The notes beneath the pieces were generated by a model. The model was not told where the DNA came from. It did not search any database and saw nothing but the letters and a program-made list of their open reading frames with translations. A DNA stretch of 64,000 bases from Patescibacteria group bacterium (GTDB taxonomy: Bacteria; Patescibacteriota; Microgenomatia; Levybacterales; UBA12049), in NCBI GenBank assembly GCA_035946335.1, contig DASYZL010000011.1, forward strand, positions 3,569 through 67,568, in the 5' to 3' direction. Below, one piece after another: positions 21,447 to 30,616 of this stretch. The position numbers and the translations under genes were made by a program. Every line of letters starts with the position of its first letter. The first letter of the stretch is position 1.

Positions 21447-23457
21447 AGAATTTCTCTGGCAATGGAAGGGAAAAAGAGAACATTGACCCTTTTCCCACCT
21501 GGCTCTCAACGCTGATTGTTCCATGGTGTCTTTTTATAATCTCTCGCGAGATGAATAATCCCATGCCAAGTCCGGGATATGTTGCGTCATTTTTTTCATT
21601 TACTCGATAAAATTGTTCAAAAATTCGTTGTTGATTTTCTTCAGTAATACCCATGCCGAAATCTTCCACGCTGATATGTACATCATCATCCCCTGTTTTT
21701 GCACTGACAATAATGTCATTCCCTTTAGGAGAATATTTTATTGCATTGGTAAGTAAATTAGTAATAACTTGCCCAATTCGATCTCTGTCGGCGAGCACAG
21801 CATCTTTTACCAGGGAACGCAACTTTATAGTATGAGTTGCTGTTAACGCTTGTACGTCCTCAACAGTTTCTCGCAGTAAATCTGTCAGATTAAAGAGCTC
21901 ATTATGTAGCTTTAATTGCCCTGCCTGTATTTTTGTAATATCAAGAAGATCATTAATGAGATCTGTCAATTTCGTCACCTGCTTATCCATTTTTTCAAGA
22001 TATGTTCTGGTATCATGCTGATCAGTAGCGGTGAACTTTTGTTTAAGAAATTGCGTGAGTACCTTTAAACTTGTTACTGGCGTCTTCAACTCATGGCTTG
22101 CTATACTGATAAATTCATCTTTTCTGCGTTCCAATTCTTTTTGCTTGGAGATATCAAGGGCAAATCCTACGCACAGATTACTTTTTGTATCTACTCTACT
22201 GACAGCAATGAGTACGGGAATCCGTTTACCGTTTTTATTGATATATTCTTTTTCATATACATCTGAAATCCCCTTCGTGCGTAAATCACGTACTGCTTTT
22301 TCTGAAAGGTTGTAATATTCAGGGGCTGTAAGGTTGTCCCGGTGGATTTTTCCTTCACGGAGTTCATCCCGGGAGTAACCGATAAGCGAAAGCAGTGCAT
22401 CATTTGCTTCCAGAAATTTTCCGTTAAACTCAGCAATAAACGCACCGATAATATTTGAATCAAAAAGCCTTTTAAAGCGATTCTGCGTTTCTCGCAAGGT
22501 TGTTTCAGACCCTTTGCGTTCGGTTGCTGTTGCAAGTATATTTGCAACAGCCTGCAAAAAGTACATGTCATCCTGGGTGAATGCTCTCTTTTTTTGCGAA
22601 AAAATTCCCAAAACGCCAAATGGCGCTCGTCTTCCTGGGATAATCACCGTTATCCCGCTCGTAATTCTATGCTTTGTTAACAGTTCTGAGCTGAAAAACC
22701 GCTTCTCTTTCTGTAAGTTCTTTACGATAACCGGTTCATTTGCAAGTAACGTATAGCCTGCTTGAGAGTGTTCTTCTCCACTGACCAGACCTTGCCCTGT
22801 TAAATCCTCCTGCCACCCTTTTCCACCTCGTAAAATAAACGATTTTTTGCCAGGAAGTAATTCAAGGATCTCACAGTATTTTACCTGAAGCGTTGACGTA
22901 ATAAGTTCAGCAGTTTTCTCAAAAAGCGTTTGCATGTTTTGACTTGCAAGTGCATATTGTCCGATTTGTGCGATAACCGCTTGCTGCTGTACGCGAGCTT
23001 TGAGAGAAAGCATATTCCGCAGCCGGATTTCTAAAAGTATAGCCATGAATACTCCTTCTGCGAGAAAGATAAGGGACGGATACAACGCGCGTTCAATATG
23101 CAGCGGTGAAAAAGCGGGAAGAAAGAAAAAGATTGCTGCAAGATCACAACATATCGTTGCGGTAATAGCCGGACCAAACCCACCAAACCACCCGCTTATT
23201 AAAACAGCGGTGAAAAGAAAAACAAACGGTGCATCCTTTCCCAATACTGGATCAAATGAGAGCTTGACGTTTACCGCAAGAATACTTAATGCAATTGCTA
23301 ACAGGTATTGCATAAGCTTCCACCAGATACTTCTGTTGGGCATCTGGTGATTATATTTTCTAGTTGTTTTTTCAAAGAACTTTGTAAAAAGCAACGAACG
23401 TTTCTTTTTCTGTATATCCCGTTTTCTGGTAAAAAAAGAAAAAGAGAGAAATTTCAT
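21418..23457 (-). CDS. Sensor histidine kinase (TM/DUF4118-like, GAF, PAS, HisKA, HATPase)
   Basis: ASHELKTP, NLLTNAIKYS, DFGMG, GLGMGL; TACAAT-7nt-ATG at 23457. Confidence 0.92.
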   Translation of the reverse strand: MKFLSFSFFTRKRDIQKKKRSLLFTKFFEKTTRKYNHQMPNRSIWWKLMQYLLAIALSILAVNVKLSFDPVLGKDAPFVFLFTAVLISGWFGGFGPAITATICCDLAAIFFFLPAFSPLHIERALYPSLIFLAEGVFMAILLEIRLRNMLSLKARVQQQAVIAQIGQYALASQNMQTLFEKTAELITSTLQVKYCEILELLPGKKSFILRGGKGWQEDLTGQGLVSGEEHSQAGYTLLANEPVIVKNLQKEKRFFSSELLTKHRITSGITVIIPGRRAPFGVLGIFSQKKRAFTQDDMYFLQAVANILATATERKGSETTLRETQNRFKRLFDSNIIGAFIAEFNGKFLEANDALLSLIGYSRDELREGKIHRDNLTAPEYYNLSEKAVRDLRTKGISDVYEKEYINKNGKRIPVLIAVSRVDTKSNLCVGFALDISKQKELERRKDEFISIASHELKTPVTSLKVLTQFLKQKFTATDQHDTRTYLEKMDKQVTKLTDLINDLLDITKIQAGQLKLHNELFNLTDLLRETVEDVQALTATHTIKLRSLVKDAVLADRDRIGQVITNLLTNAIKYSPKGNDIIVSAKTGDDDVHISVEDFGMGITEENQQRIFEQFYRVNEKNDATYPGLGMGLFISREIIKRHHGTISVESQVGKGSMFSFSLPLPEKFYEKANSTSY

Positions 23458-23516
23458 TGATAGTATTGTATTTTCTCCACAAGAGTGTGTTAGCAATCTA
23501 AAAAATTATAAGGATA

Positions 23517-23579
23517 CTATGCGCGAAAGAAAAAAAGCGCAAGAAATAGAACAATAATTGTTGCTAACAAAAAGTCCAT
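23517..23579 (-). CDS. 20-aa hydrophobic micro-protein (36 aa from in-frame ATG 23627)
   Basis: AGAGGAG-8nt-ATG; MDFLLATIIVLFLALFFFRA*; absent from the ORF track. Confidence 0.55.
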   Translation of the reverse strand: MDFLLATIIVLFLALFFFRA

Positions 23580-23637
23580 AGTTTTTTTCTCCTCTACCAA
23601 AAATTGTTTGCCGGTAAAAATCTTCATGGCACAATTG

Positions 23638-23691
23638 AACATATCTCGTATGCATAAAAATAGCGTGAAGCATTTGTAAGAATTACGTAAG
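23638..23691 (-). promoter_or_regulatory. 11-bp-period repeat array (OmpR/PhoB-type box) upstream of -10 TATGTT
   Basis: On + strand: ATAAA 23654, GTGAA 23665, GTAAG 23676, GTAAG 23687. Confidence 0.6.
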
Positions 23692-23692
23692 A

Positions 23693-24355
23693 CTACTCTT
23701 TGAGCACATAGCCAAATCCACGCACTGATTGAATAAGCTTTTTCTGAAACGGCACGTCAATTTTTTTCCGCAGATAGCCAACGTAGACATCGACAACACG
23801 ACTGTCTACTTCATACGAATACTGCCAGACACGATTAAGAATCATTTCCCTCGTGAGCACCTGGTCTTTATTGTTCAAAAAGTATTGCAACAGTTTAAAT
23901 TCATGGGGACTGAGGGTGATTGTTTTGCCTGCCCGTTTTACTTCATATGTTTTTGTGTTTAGCTGGAGATCGTCTGCCTCCAGAATTGGTTCTTGTTGAC
24001 TTCTCAGGCGCGCTTTTACCCTGGCGAGTAAAATATCTGCTTCAAATGGTTTCGTAATGTAATCATCCGCTCCAAGATTTAATCCCTTGACGACATCTGC
24101 TGTGGTATCCCGCGCTGTAAGGATAACAATGGGTACATGGGGAAACTTTTTGCGTATATCCCTGCACAGTGCTTCTCCGGTAATTTTTGGAAGTCCTAGA
24201 TCAAGAATAACCAGGTCTACCGGGTTCTTTTTCAACATATCAAACGCGCTAATCCCATCGGAAGATGTTTCGATGCGATACCCGTTTTCAGACAAGAGAT
24301 CTTTAATGTACTCCTGAATTCCTGTATCATCTTCGATAATAAGAATTCGTTGCAT
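23693..24355 (-). CDS. OmpR/PhoB-family response regulator
   Basis: Receiver LDLGLP, GADDYITKPF; winged helix VDVYVGYLRKKI...VRGFGY; promoter TTGCAA-17-TAAGAT. Confidence 0.95.
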   Translation of the reverse strand: MQRILIIEDDTGIQEYIKDLLSENGYRIETSSDGISAFDMLKKNPVDLVILDLGLPKITGEALCRDIRKKFPHVPIVILTARDTTADVVKGLNLGADDYITKPFEADILLARVKARLRSQQEPILEADDLQLNTKTYEVKRAGKTITLSPHEFKLLQYFLNNKDQVLTREMILNRVWQYSYEVDSRVVDVYVGYLRKKIDVPFQKKLIQSVRGFGYVLKE

Positions 24356-24399
24356 AAGGTAGTGCCATCTTAGCAGTAACTTTTCTGTATTGCAAGAAA

Positions 24400-25044
24400 C
24401 TATTCAATTGGAAGGTGGAAAGAAAATGTACTGCCTTTTCCAGCAACGCTTGTTATATCGAGTGTACCATGGTGTAAATCAATAATTGCTTTTGCAAGAG
24501 ATAACCCTGTCTGCAATTTTTCCTGATATACCAGATCAAACAAGTGTTCTCGCGTTTCCCTTGGTATACCTTCCCCTGTATCTTGTACAGACACAGTGCA
24601 CGCATCCTTTTCTTCCACCACTGTTACCGTAATCTGCTTTGTTCCATGTGTATGCTGGATAGCATTTGTCAGAAGAATAGAGAGTATCTGTATAAATCGT
24701 TGTTTGTCTGCGAAGAGTTTTTTATGAAGAGTTCCTTGTAAAAAAATAGGTTGTTGTGTTGTTTTTTGCATCCTCACAACGACTTCTTGAACCACGGTTG
24801 TTGCGTCAATAAATTCTTTCTGCAAGATTAAGGCCTGTTCCTGTACTCGGTATATATCAAGTAAGTTGGTAATGAGTAAGGTGAGCGCGTCTACTTGCGT
24901 GTCAAGACGTTTTACAAAAGAGAGTGTTTGTTCGTTGTTTTGCAATCGTTTTTGCAGCAGTTGATCATACGCTTTAATACTGGTAAGCAATGATTTTACT
25001 TTATGGTTTGCAAGGGAAAGCAAAGTGTCTTGCTGCTTTGTCAT
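24400..25044 (-). CDS. Sensor-less, degenerate histidine kinase
   Basis: ANHKVKS H-box, LLTNAIQH, DTGEG, eroded G2 (QTGLSL); ATG 25044 preferred. Confidence 0.75.
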   Translation of the reverse strand: MTKQQDTLLSLANHKVKSLLTSIKAYDQLLQKRLQNNEQTLSFVKRLDTQVDALTLLITNLLDIYRVQEQALILQKEFIDATTVVQEVVVRMQKTTQQPIFLQGTLHKKLFADKQRFIQILSILLTNAIQHTHGTKQITVTVVEEKDACTVSVQDTGEGIPRETREHLFDLVYQEKLQTGLSLAKAIIDLHHGTLDITSVAGKGSTFSFHLPIE

Positions 25045-25069
25045 ACAACTATCGCAATTATAGCAGAGG

Positions 25070-26344
25070 CTAGCTATGTGCCCATTCAAACAATGCCGCA
25101 GCAGTCCATGCCTGAAAACGGCATCCGGATTTGCCAAAAGGGGATTTATACTCTAAAAATGATCCATCGACACCTTTAATGTACAATTCAATTGGACAGC
25201 CGAAATACTGAATCGGCGAGAGTGACGCTTGCTTGAGTATTGCCGCTTCCTGCTGAAAATTCCACGTGATCAGCCCCTCATAAATAAGGCTATTCAGTAT
25301 TGGCCAGAAACTGCCATTGTGATACGATGTGGGGAGTGGATTGAATGTTGCCGATAACGTGCTCATAGTGCGTATACCGGCGTCGGGTTCGAATAAATCA
25401 TCTTGCAATCCCCGTTTAACGAAATCCGCGATGTACGCTTCTTCCAGAATGCATTCTTTTTTCCTTGTCGTTGCCCAGAGACAAATCAACGGATTGCCGG
25501 TAATGGTGGGAATTTGATGTTTATTACCATCAAGTGCCTGCACACCGTAGAAAAGATTCTTACTTTTGATAAGAAATGCTTGATTAAATTTCTTTTTCAG
25601 TTGCTTCGCACTGGAAAGCAACTGAACAGCAAATGCGTTATCTTGCGTCATATACACATGGTTCCACTCAACAAGTGTGAGCCATACATATGCCTGGACT
25701 TCAATTGGTGCGATCGGATATGGAGGCAGTACGCCGTCTTTCGTCAAGAGAGAATCAACAGAGTCAGTCCAGGATTGCACCTTGAGTCCTCCGTAAAGGC
25801 GTGTTTTTGGAAATTCATAGGCAAGAAATGCATCTTTTGCAAGACGGGCACGTATCCACCGTAGTCCTTTTGTAACAGAGGGAAGAACACGAAGTAAAAA
25901 CGTGTCATCCTGTGTCACTTCCCAGTACCGGTACAGCGCGAGTAAGGTAAGTGGTGTTGAGTCTACGGAATCATAGTTTTTAATAGTGCCGTCTTCCTGT
26001 ACAAACCATGGAGTTTTCCGATTTGCATTAAATATTTTATGGTTTTTCCGGTATTCATGGATGAATTTTCCATCCTCTTCACCGTTTTCAATATTTTGCT
26101 TTTGTCCTTGTAAAGCAACAAGAGTCAACAGTGTCTGCTTGCAGATATCAAGAAGTTTTTGGTTAGGAACATGCGTGTGTACTTTAAGGATTTTTAAAAT
26201 CGTAATCGCGCTGTCTCTTCCAAAAATACACCCGTACGCCTCAGAAAGGGAAGAAGCGTTAATACCTTCTTCAGAACAGAGGTCTACCAAACATTGATAT
26301 GATAATTGCCGTAAATAATCGCTACTCACAAATGGGTTGAGCAA
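25070..26344 (-). CDS. Amylo-alpha-1,6-glucosidase/GDE-C-like glycoside hydrolase
   Basis: FGRDS, DSVDSTPL, QSWTDS, PIEVQ, SYHNGSFWP, QAW; start uncertain (TTG 26344 or GTG 26329). Confidence 0.85.
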   Translation of the reverse strand: MLNPFVSSDYLRQLSYQCLVDLCSEEGINASSLSEAYGCIFGRDSAITILKILKVHTHVPNQKLLDICKQTLLTLVALQGQKQNIENGEEDGKFIHEYRKNHKIFNANRKTPWFVQEDGTIKNYDSVDSTPLTLLALYRYWEVTQDDTFLLRVLPSVTKGLRWIRARLAKDAFLAYEFPKTRLYGGLKVQSWTDSVDSLLTKDGVLPPYPIAPIEVQAYVWLTLVEWNHVYMTQDNAFAVQLLSSAKQLKKKFNQAFLIKSKNLFYGVQALDGNKHQIPTITGNPLICLWATTRKKECILEEAYIADFVKRGLQDDLFEPDAGIRTMSTLSATFNPLPTSYHNGSFWPILNSLIYEGLITWNFQQEAAILKQASLSPIQYFGCPIELYIKGVDGSFLEYKSPFGKSGCRFQAWTAAALFEWAHS

Positions 26345-26428
26345 ATAATCATATCCCTTCTTTTTCGTTTTAACAAGAGCAAAAATTCTTATAAGTCTTG
26401 TCTGTTATTCCTGCCTAAAGGTGATGCA

Positions 26429-27520
26429 TTATGGAGAGAGAAAATGATTAAGATTTTTTGTCATTCTCTGCCGCTTGACAAACTGCTTGCTTCGCAGAAT
26501 TGCTTCATAAACACCCTCATATTCATCAGCCATTCGTTTTGCGTGAAAGGTAGTTGTTGCATACACCCGGCAGTATAACCGGTCGATAGTAGTAATATGT
26601 TGTACCGCAGTAATCATTTCATCAACAGTATGTACAATAAACCCAGTTCTACCATGCTGGATAATTTCAGGAATAGAGCCTTCATCAAATGCTATGACCG
26701 GACAGCCACAACTCATTGCTTCAATAAGTGTCAGGCCAAACGGTTCAGGCCAAGTGACCGGATGTAAAGAACACAATGCATTGGCGAATAGTTTGTTGCG
26801 TTGCATCTCTGTTACTTCGCCAATCCAGCGGATAGTTGGAGATAATTTCGGTTTGACATACCGGTTAAAATATGCAAGATGTTCTTTTTTGTCTCTTTCC
26901 AGTTTTGCCGCTATAAGTAAGGGTAAACCGAGTTTTTCCGCAACGGCAATCGCGTGATGCACGCCTTTTTCCTGGCAAATTCGTCCGACAAAAAGCAGAT
27001 ACCCTTTATGCCTAGGAGAAAACGGATACAATGTCATATCAAGCCCGTTGTAAACATTTGCGATATAGTTAAGGCCGGGAGCCGGACGGGTTTGCGCATA
27101 GGAAATAGAAACAAGATAAGGTTTTGATAATGTTTCATATAAGGCAATTGTTTCCTGAGTGAGCGCGCCGTGTAATGTCATCACAACCGGTGTTATTGCA
27201 TGTTGTGCAAAAGGAACGCCAAACCATTGCGTATGGTCATGCATGATATCAAATTGCTGTTGTTGTTGGTAAGCAAGGGCAATATGATAAAGAGAAATCT
27301 GTGCTTTCTTAAAGAATTCACCTTGCAAATCTTGACGCAAATTCCTTGGATAGGGTGCAACGAGTTTTGCGCTCGTTATGGAGTCTCCTGTTGCAAATAG
27401 GGTGACATCATGTCCTTGTCTGACCAGTTCTTCGGTAAGCGCATGGATAACCCGCTCAATACCCCCATATTTTTTTGGTGGAACACTCTCTATGGGAGAA
27501 GCAATTTGAGCTATTCTCAT
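26429..27520 (-). CDS. GT4 glycosyltransferase
   Basis: PPKKYGGIE, GRICQEKG, EPFGLTLIEAM. Confidence 0.92.
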   Translation of the reverse strand: MRIAQIASPIESVPPKKYGGIERVIHALTEELVRQGHDVTLFATGDSITSAKLVAPYPRNLRQDLQGEFFKKAQISLYHIALAYQQQQQFDIMHDHTQWFGVPFAQHAITPVVMTLHGALTQETIALYETLSKPYLVSISYAQTRPAPGLNYIANVYNGLDMTLYPFSPRHKGYLLFVGRICQEKGVHHAIAVAEKLGLPLLIAAKLERDKKEHLAYFNRYVKPKLSPTIRWIGEVTEMQRNKLFANALCSLHPVTWPEPFGLTLIEAMSCGCPVIAFDEGSIPEIIQHGRTGFIVHTVDEMITAVQHITTIDRLYCRVYATTTFHAKRMADEYEGVYEAILRSKQFVKRQRMTKNLNHFLSP

Positions 27521-27529
27521 AATTACTGC

Positions 27530-27583
27530 AGGATAGGGATTTCGTCTAATAAAGTGGTGAGAAAAAAATAAGAATTACGTGAG
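27530..27583 (-). promoter_or_regulatory. 11-bp-period repeat array upstream of -10 TATCCT
   Basis: On + strand: GTGAG 27557, ATAAG 27568, GTGAG 27579; shares TAAGAATTACGT with 23677-23688. Confidence 0.6.
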
Positions 27584-27618
27584 AGAACTGGATCAATACG
27601 CAGATAAAGAATGGTTAT

Positions 27619-28716
27619 TTATTTTTTTATCGAATAGCGCGCAACATAACTTGCAAGCAGTGTGACAATCGGTACTGCGAGGATGAGACCGATACTCCCG
27701 GCGATAGTTGCGACAACTTCATCGGTGATCGTTTCGGTGTTTAAAATAACCCAATATGGTACTTGTGCCGCGTTCAAGACCAAAAAAATAAAAATGAACA
27801 GTGATGACCCTGCGTATGCGAGCACCAAAGTATTAATAAGGGAGACGATATGTTCCCTGCCGATGCTGAAACCTTTTTTGACCAATTGGCCAAAGGACAA
27901 ACCAGTTGTTGTACGTGCCAGTTCAAAAATTGCCGCTGATTGCGTTGTCGTAATATCATTCAACGCACCAAGTGTTCCGATAATAATACCTCCTAAGAAT
28001 AATCCCTGCAGATTGATAACACGCGTTGCGCCAAGCTGCAAGGAGGCAATATCTTCATTGCCAATACCGGAAAGCCGGGTAAAAACCACAAACAGAAATG
28101 AAAGAAGCGCGGTCAGCATAAGGGAAAAAAATGTTGCAATCAGAGCAACGGTTGTTTGGCGGGAGATACCGTGGGCAATATATGTGCTGACAAAGAGAAT
28201 AATCAGGGATCCCGCAATGCTCACTGTCATCGGATCATCGCCATGGAGTAAGCGGGGGACAATAAAGAAAAGAATCACGCTGATACTGACTAACAATCCA
28301 AGTAGCGAGCCAAAGCCTTTGAGTTGTGCGACAAGCAGAATTAAGACAACAAAAAGGATAAGGATAAGCACAATAAAATTCAGACGATATTTGTCGTATA
28401 TTGCATACATAACCTTTCCGTTTTCAACACTTCGCAAAAGGATTACTTCATCTCCTGTTGCAAGCTCCTGATTCCTGCTGGTAGCCTGTCCATAGGAAAG
28501 CGTCATTGTTTTTCCCGACGTCAGCGGTGTCACTTGCACTGTTTGCGTAAAGTAATTCTGTCCTCCGACACTTATTTGTTTCTCCTGAAGAATACGGTTG
28601 ACAACTGCTTTTGTGTATGTTTCCTGTACAGCCGGTGTTTTTTGCGCAAAACTTGGTACAGCAGCCAAAAGAAACAAACTGCAGAAAAAAGCAAAGAAAA
28701 GAATAAGCCGTTGCAT
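27619..28716 (-). CDS. YibE/F-family membrane protein
   Basis: GALNDIT..Q, GREHI.SLINTLVLAYAGSS. Confidence 0.88.
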   Translation of the reverse strand: MQRLILFFAFFCSLFLLAAVPSFAQKTPAVQETYTKAVVNRILQEKQISVGGQNYFTQTVQVTPLTSGKTMTLSYGQATSRNQELATGDEVILLRSVENGKVMYAIYDKYRLNFIVLILILFVVLILLVAQLKGFGSLLGLLVSISVILFFIVPRLLHGDDPMTVSIAGSLIILFVSTYIAHGISRQTTVALIATFFSLMLTALLSFLFVVFTRLSGIGNEDIASLQLGATRVINLQGLFLGGIIIGTLGALNDITTTQSAAIFELARTTTGLSFGQLVKKGFSIGREHIVSLINTLVLAYAGSSLFIFIFLVLNAAQVPYWVILNTETITDEVVATIAGSIGLILAVPIVTLLASYVARYSIKK

Positions 28717-28739
28717 GGAATAGCTATGAGTATAGCACA

Positions 28740-29291
28740 TCAGGCTTTTTGCAGATACGCGAGGTACTCACTGTTCCCTCCTTTTTTGCCAAGAAGCGGA
28801 GATTTTATGAATCCTTTTACGCTGAGTCCTTGTGATACCAGTCGTTCAAGGGTTTGTTGTGCAATACATTCTGCCTCTGCTTCAGGTAATGTACCGTGAT
28901 GCAGCAAAGACGCTTCTGCTTCATAGTGGGGTTTAATCAGTGTTATAATAACACCGTTCTGAACAAGATTGCTAAGGATATTGGGAAAAATTGTTTCCTG
29001 CTTTGTCCACGATGTGTCATTTGTGATGATATCTGCTCTTTCCGGTAGCGTTACATGCATTGCGTTCGTGCGTTCTAATACGACAACCCGTGGGTCATTA
29101 CGTAATTTCCAATCTAAGACGCCATAGCCTGTTTCAACTGCGTATACTCTACGTGCGCCTTGTTGCAACAAACAATCAACAAAACCTCCAGTAGATGAGC
29201 CAAAATCTGCGCAGATCGTACTAGTAACAGGAATAGCAAATACAGCAAGGGCATATGCGAGTTTTTCTCCTGCCCGGCTGACAAATCCCAT
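28740..29291 (-). CDS. tlyA: TlyA-family RNA methyltransferase lacking the S4 domain
   Basis: FVSRAGEKL, DFGSSTGGF, LIKPHYE, GNSEYL; TATAAT-6nt-ATG. Confidence 0.85.
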   Translation of the reverse strand: MGFVSRAGEKLAYALAVFAIPVTSTICADFGSSTGGFVDCLLQQGARRVYAVETGYGVLDWKLRNDPRVVVLERTNAMHVTLPERADIITNDTSWTKQETIFPNILSNLVQNGVIITLIKPHYEAEASLLHHGTLPEAEAECIAQQTLERLVSQGLSVKGFIKSPLLGKKGGNSEYLAYLQKA

Positions 29292-29334
29292 CGTATTATT
29301 ATACCTGAAATTGTTTTCGTTGTTCTTTTTTCGA

Positions 29335-29805
29335 TTAATGGGTAAGAGACCGAAGACGGTGTTCGAACCAGGCATGCTTCAATTCGCTAGGTGCCGGGAA
29401 AATTTCCCGTTCGTAATGACCATCTCGGGATATGGTGATCTTCACAGGATGAGTTAAGTCGCTTTCTATATGAAAATATTTTCCTTCGATGATAATCTGC
29501 GCAGGTGTTGCTGTAATTGTCGCTTGGGTAACAATAGTTAAGCTGTCCTGTTTTTCGGGAAGTATGACACCGACCTCATCATGAACTCCTTCTATAGGAG
29601 AATCCATGTTATTAGCGGCAAATGTCTTAATGCTAACAGGAAGCTGGCCTTTTCTGTATAAAGCAGATGTAAAAACCATAGATGATCCAAGCATTTCTAC
29701 GGAGGTTGGGAGTTGTAAATAACTTTGTATATTTGCCGATAACCTATAAGGATCGGACATCACCTGCTTAGCGAGAGAACCGAATGCATTTTCAACCTGT
29801 ATCAT
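29335..29805 (-). CDS. Hypothetical protein
   Basis: 156 aa ORF with TTGACA-17-CATAAT upstream. Confidence 0.55.
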   Translation of the reverse strand: MIQVENAFGSLAKQVMSDPYRLSANIQSYLQLPTSVEMLGSSMVFTSALYRKGQLPVSIKTFAANNMDSPIEGVHDEVGVILPEKQDSLTIVTQATITATPAQIIIEGKYFHIESDLTHPVKITISRDGHYEREIFPAPSELKHAWFEHRLRSLTH

Positions 29806-30011
29806 AAAAAAGGTATTATGACAGACAATTGAGGATTTGTCAAACTACTATAAGACTAATGTTTAAAGATAATAAACGGTGTTGCGTAACTTCACCATTT
29901 ACCATAGGTATGGTAAGAGAAAAAAAGGGAGTAAAGAGTTTGGAAATAGTGAATAGATAGCATAAGAGATACATTAGCTCAAATCAGGATAATTTCTTGA
30001 GTGCTTCTTGC

Positions 30012-30479
30012 TTATCTGGTCATTACAGGAGGAGTATTGCTCAGACAAATGAGTTTGTATGCGCAAGCAATTTCCGGACAAGGTTTTCCTGCAGTACAGG
30101 TAGGACATATTGGTTGGTAGTAGCAGTGGGGAGGGGTAATCGATGGGGTAAGCGTTGGAGGAGAACAGGTGACGCAGGTGGTATCTGCTGTGTTGGCAAT
30201 ACCGAGTTGTGGATTTTGGCACCATGCCCGCTTTTGAGACTTACTAAAGCAGAGCGTATGACTGGAACACATACCACAGGTAAGTTGTCGAGGATATACG
30301 GGTAACGAAGGATATGGATATCTGGAGATTGGACATGGTCTCTCTCCGACACAAGGTGAAGGTGGGATAGAGGCATTATGAGAGGAGTATATGCCAAAAA
30401 ATGGGATACTTAAGGCAAGCAGCCCAAAGGTTGACATGAGGAGAATTTTATGATGCTTCTTCAATTTCCTCTTTTTCAT
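30012..30479 (-). CDS. Cys/Pro-rich anchored or secreted protein
   Basis: Basic N-terminus, TM helix, 14 Cys. Confidence 0.7.
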   Translation of the reverse strand: MKKRKLKKHHKILLMSTFGLLALSIPFFGIYSSHNASIPPSPCVGERPCPISRYPYPSLPVYPRQLTCGMCSSHTLCFSKSQKRAWCQNPQLGIANTADTTCVTCSPPTLTPSITPPHCYYQPICPTCTAGKPCPEIACAYKLICLSNTPPVMTR

Positions 30480-30616
30480 ATTAAAGGATTTCTTTTGTTC
30501 ATATATCCATCGTAAGGAAAGGAGTGTAATATTGTCAATAGATGTTAGTACTGAGGTGGAATTTTTAAGCTAATTTGCTACGGGACACCGTAGAGATGTC
30601 AAGTATTATTGTTAAG

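Noticed and set aside
27662-28471. 269-aa plus-strand ORF
   Set aside because: Antisense shadow of the YibE/F gene; no motifs
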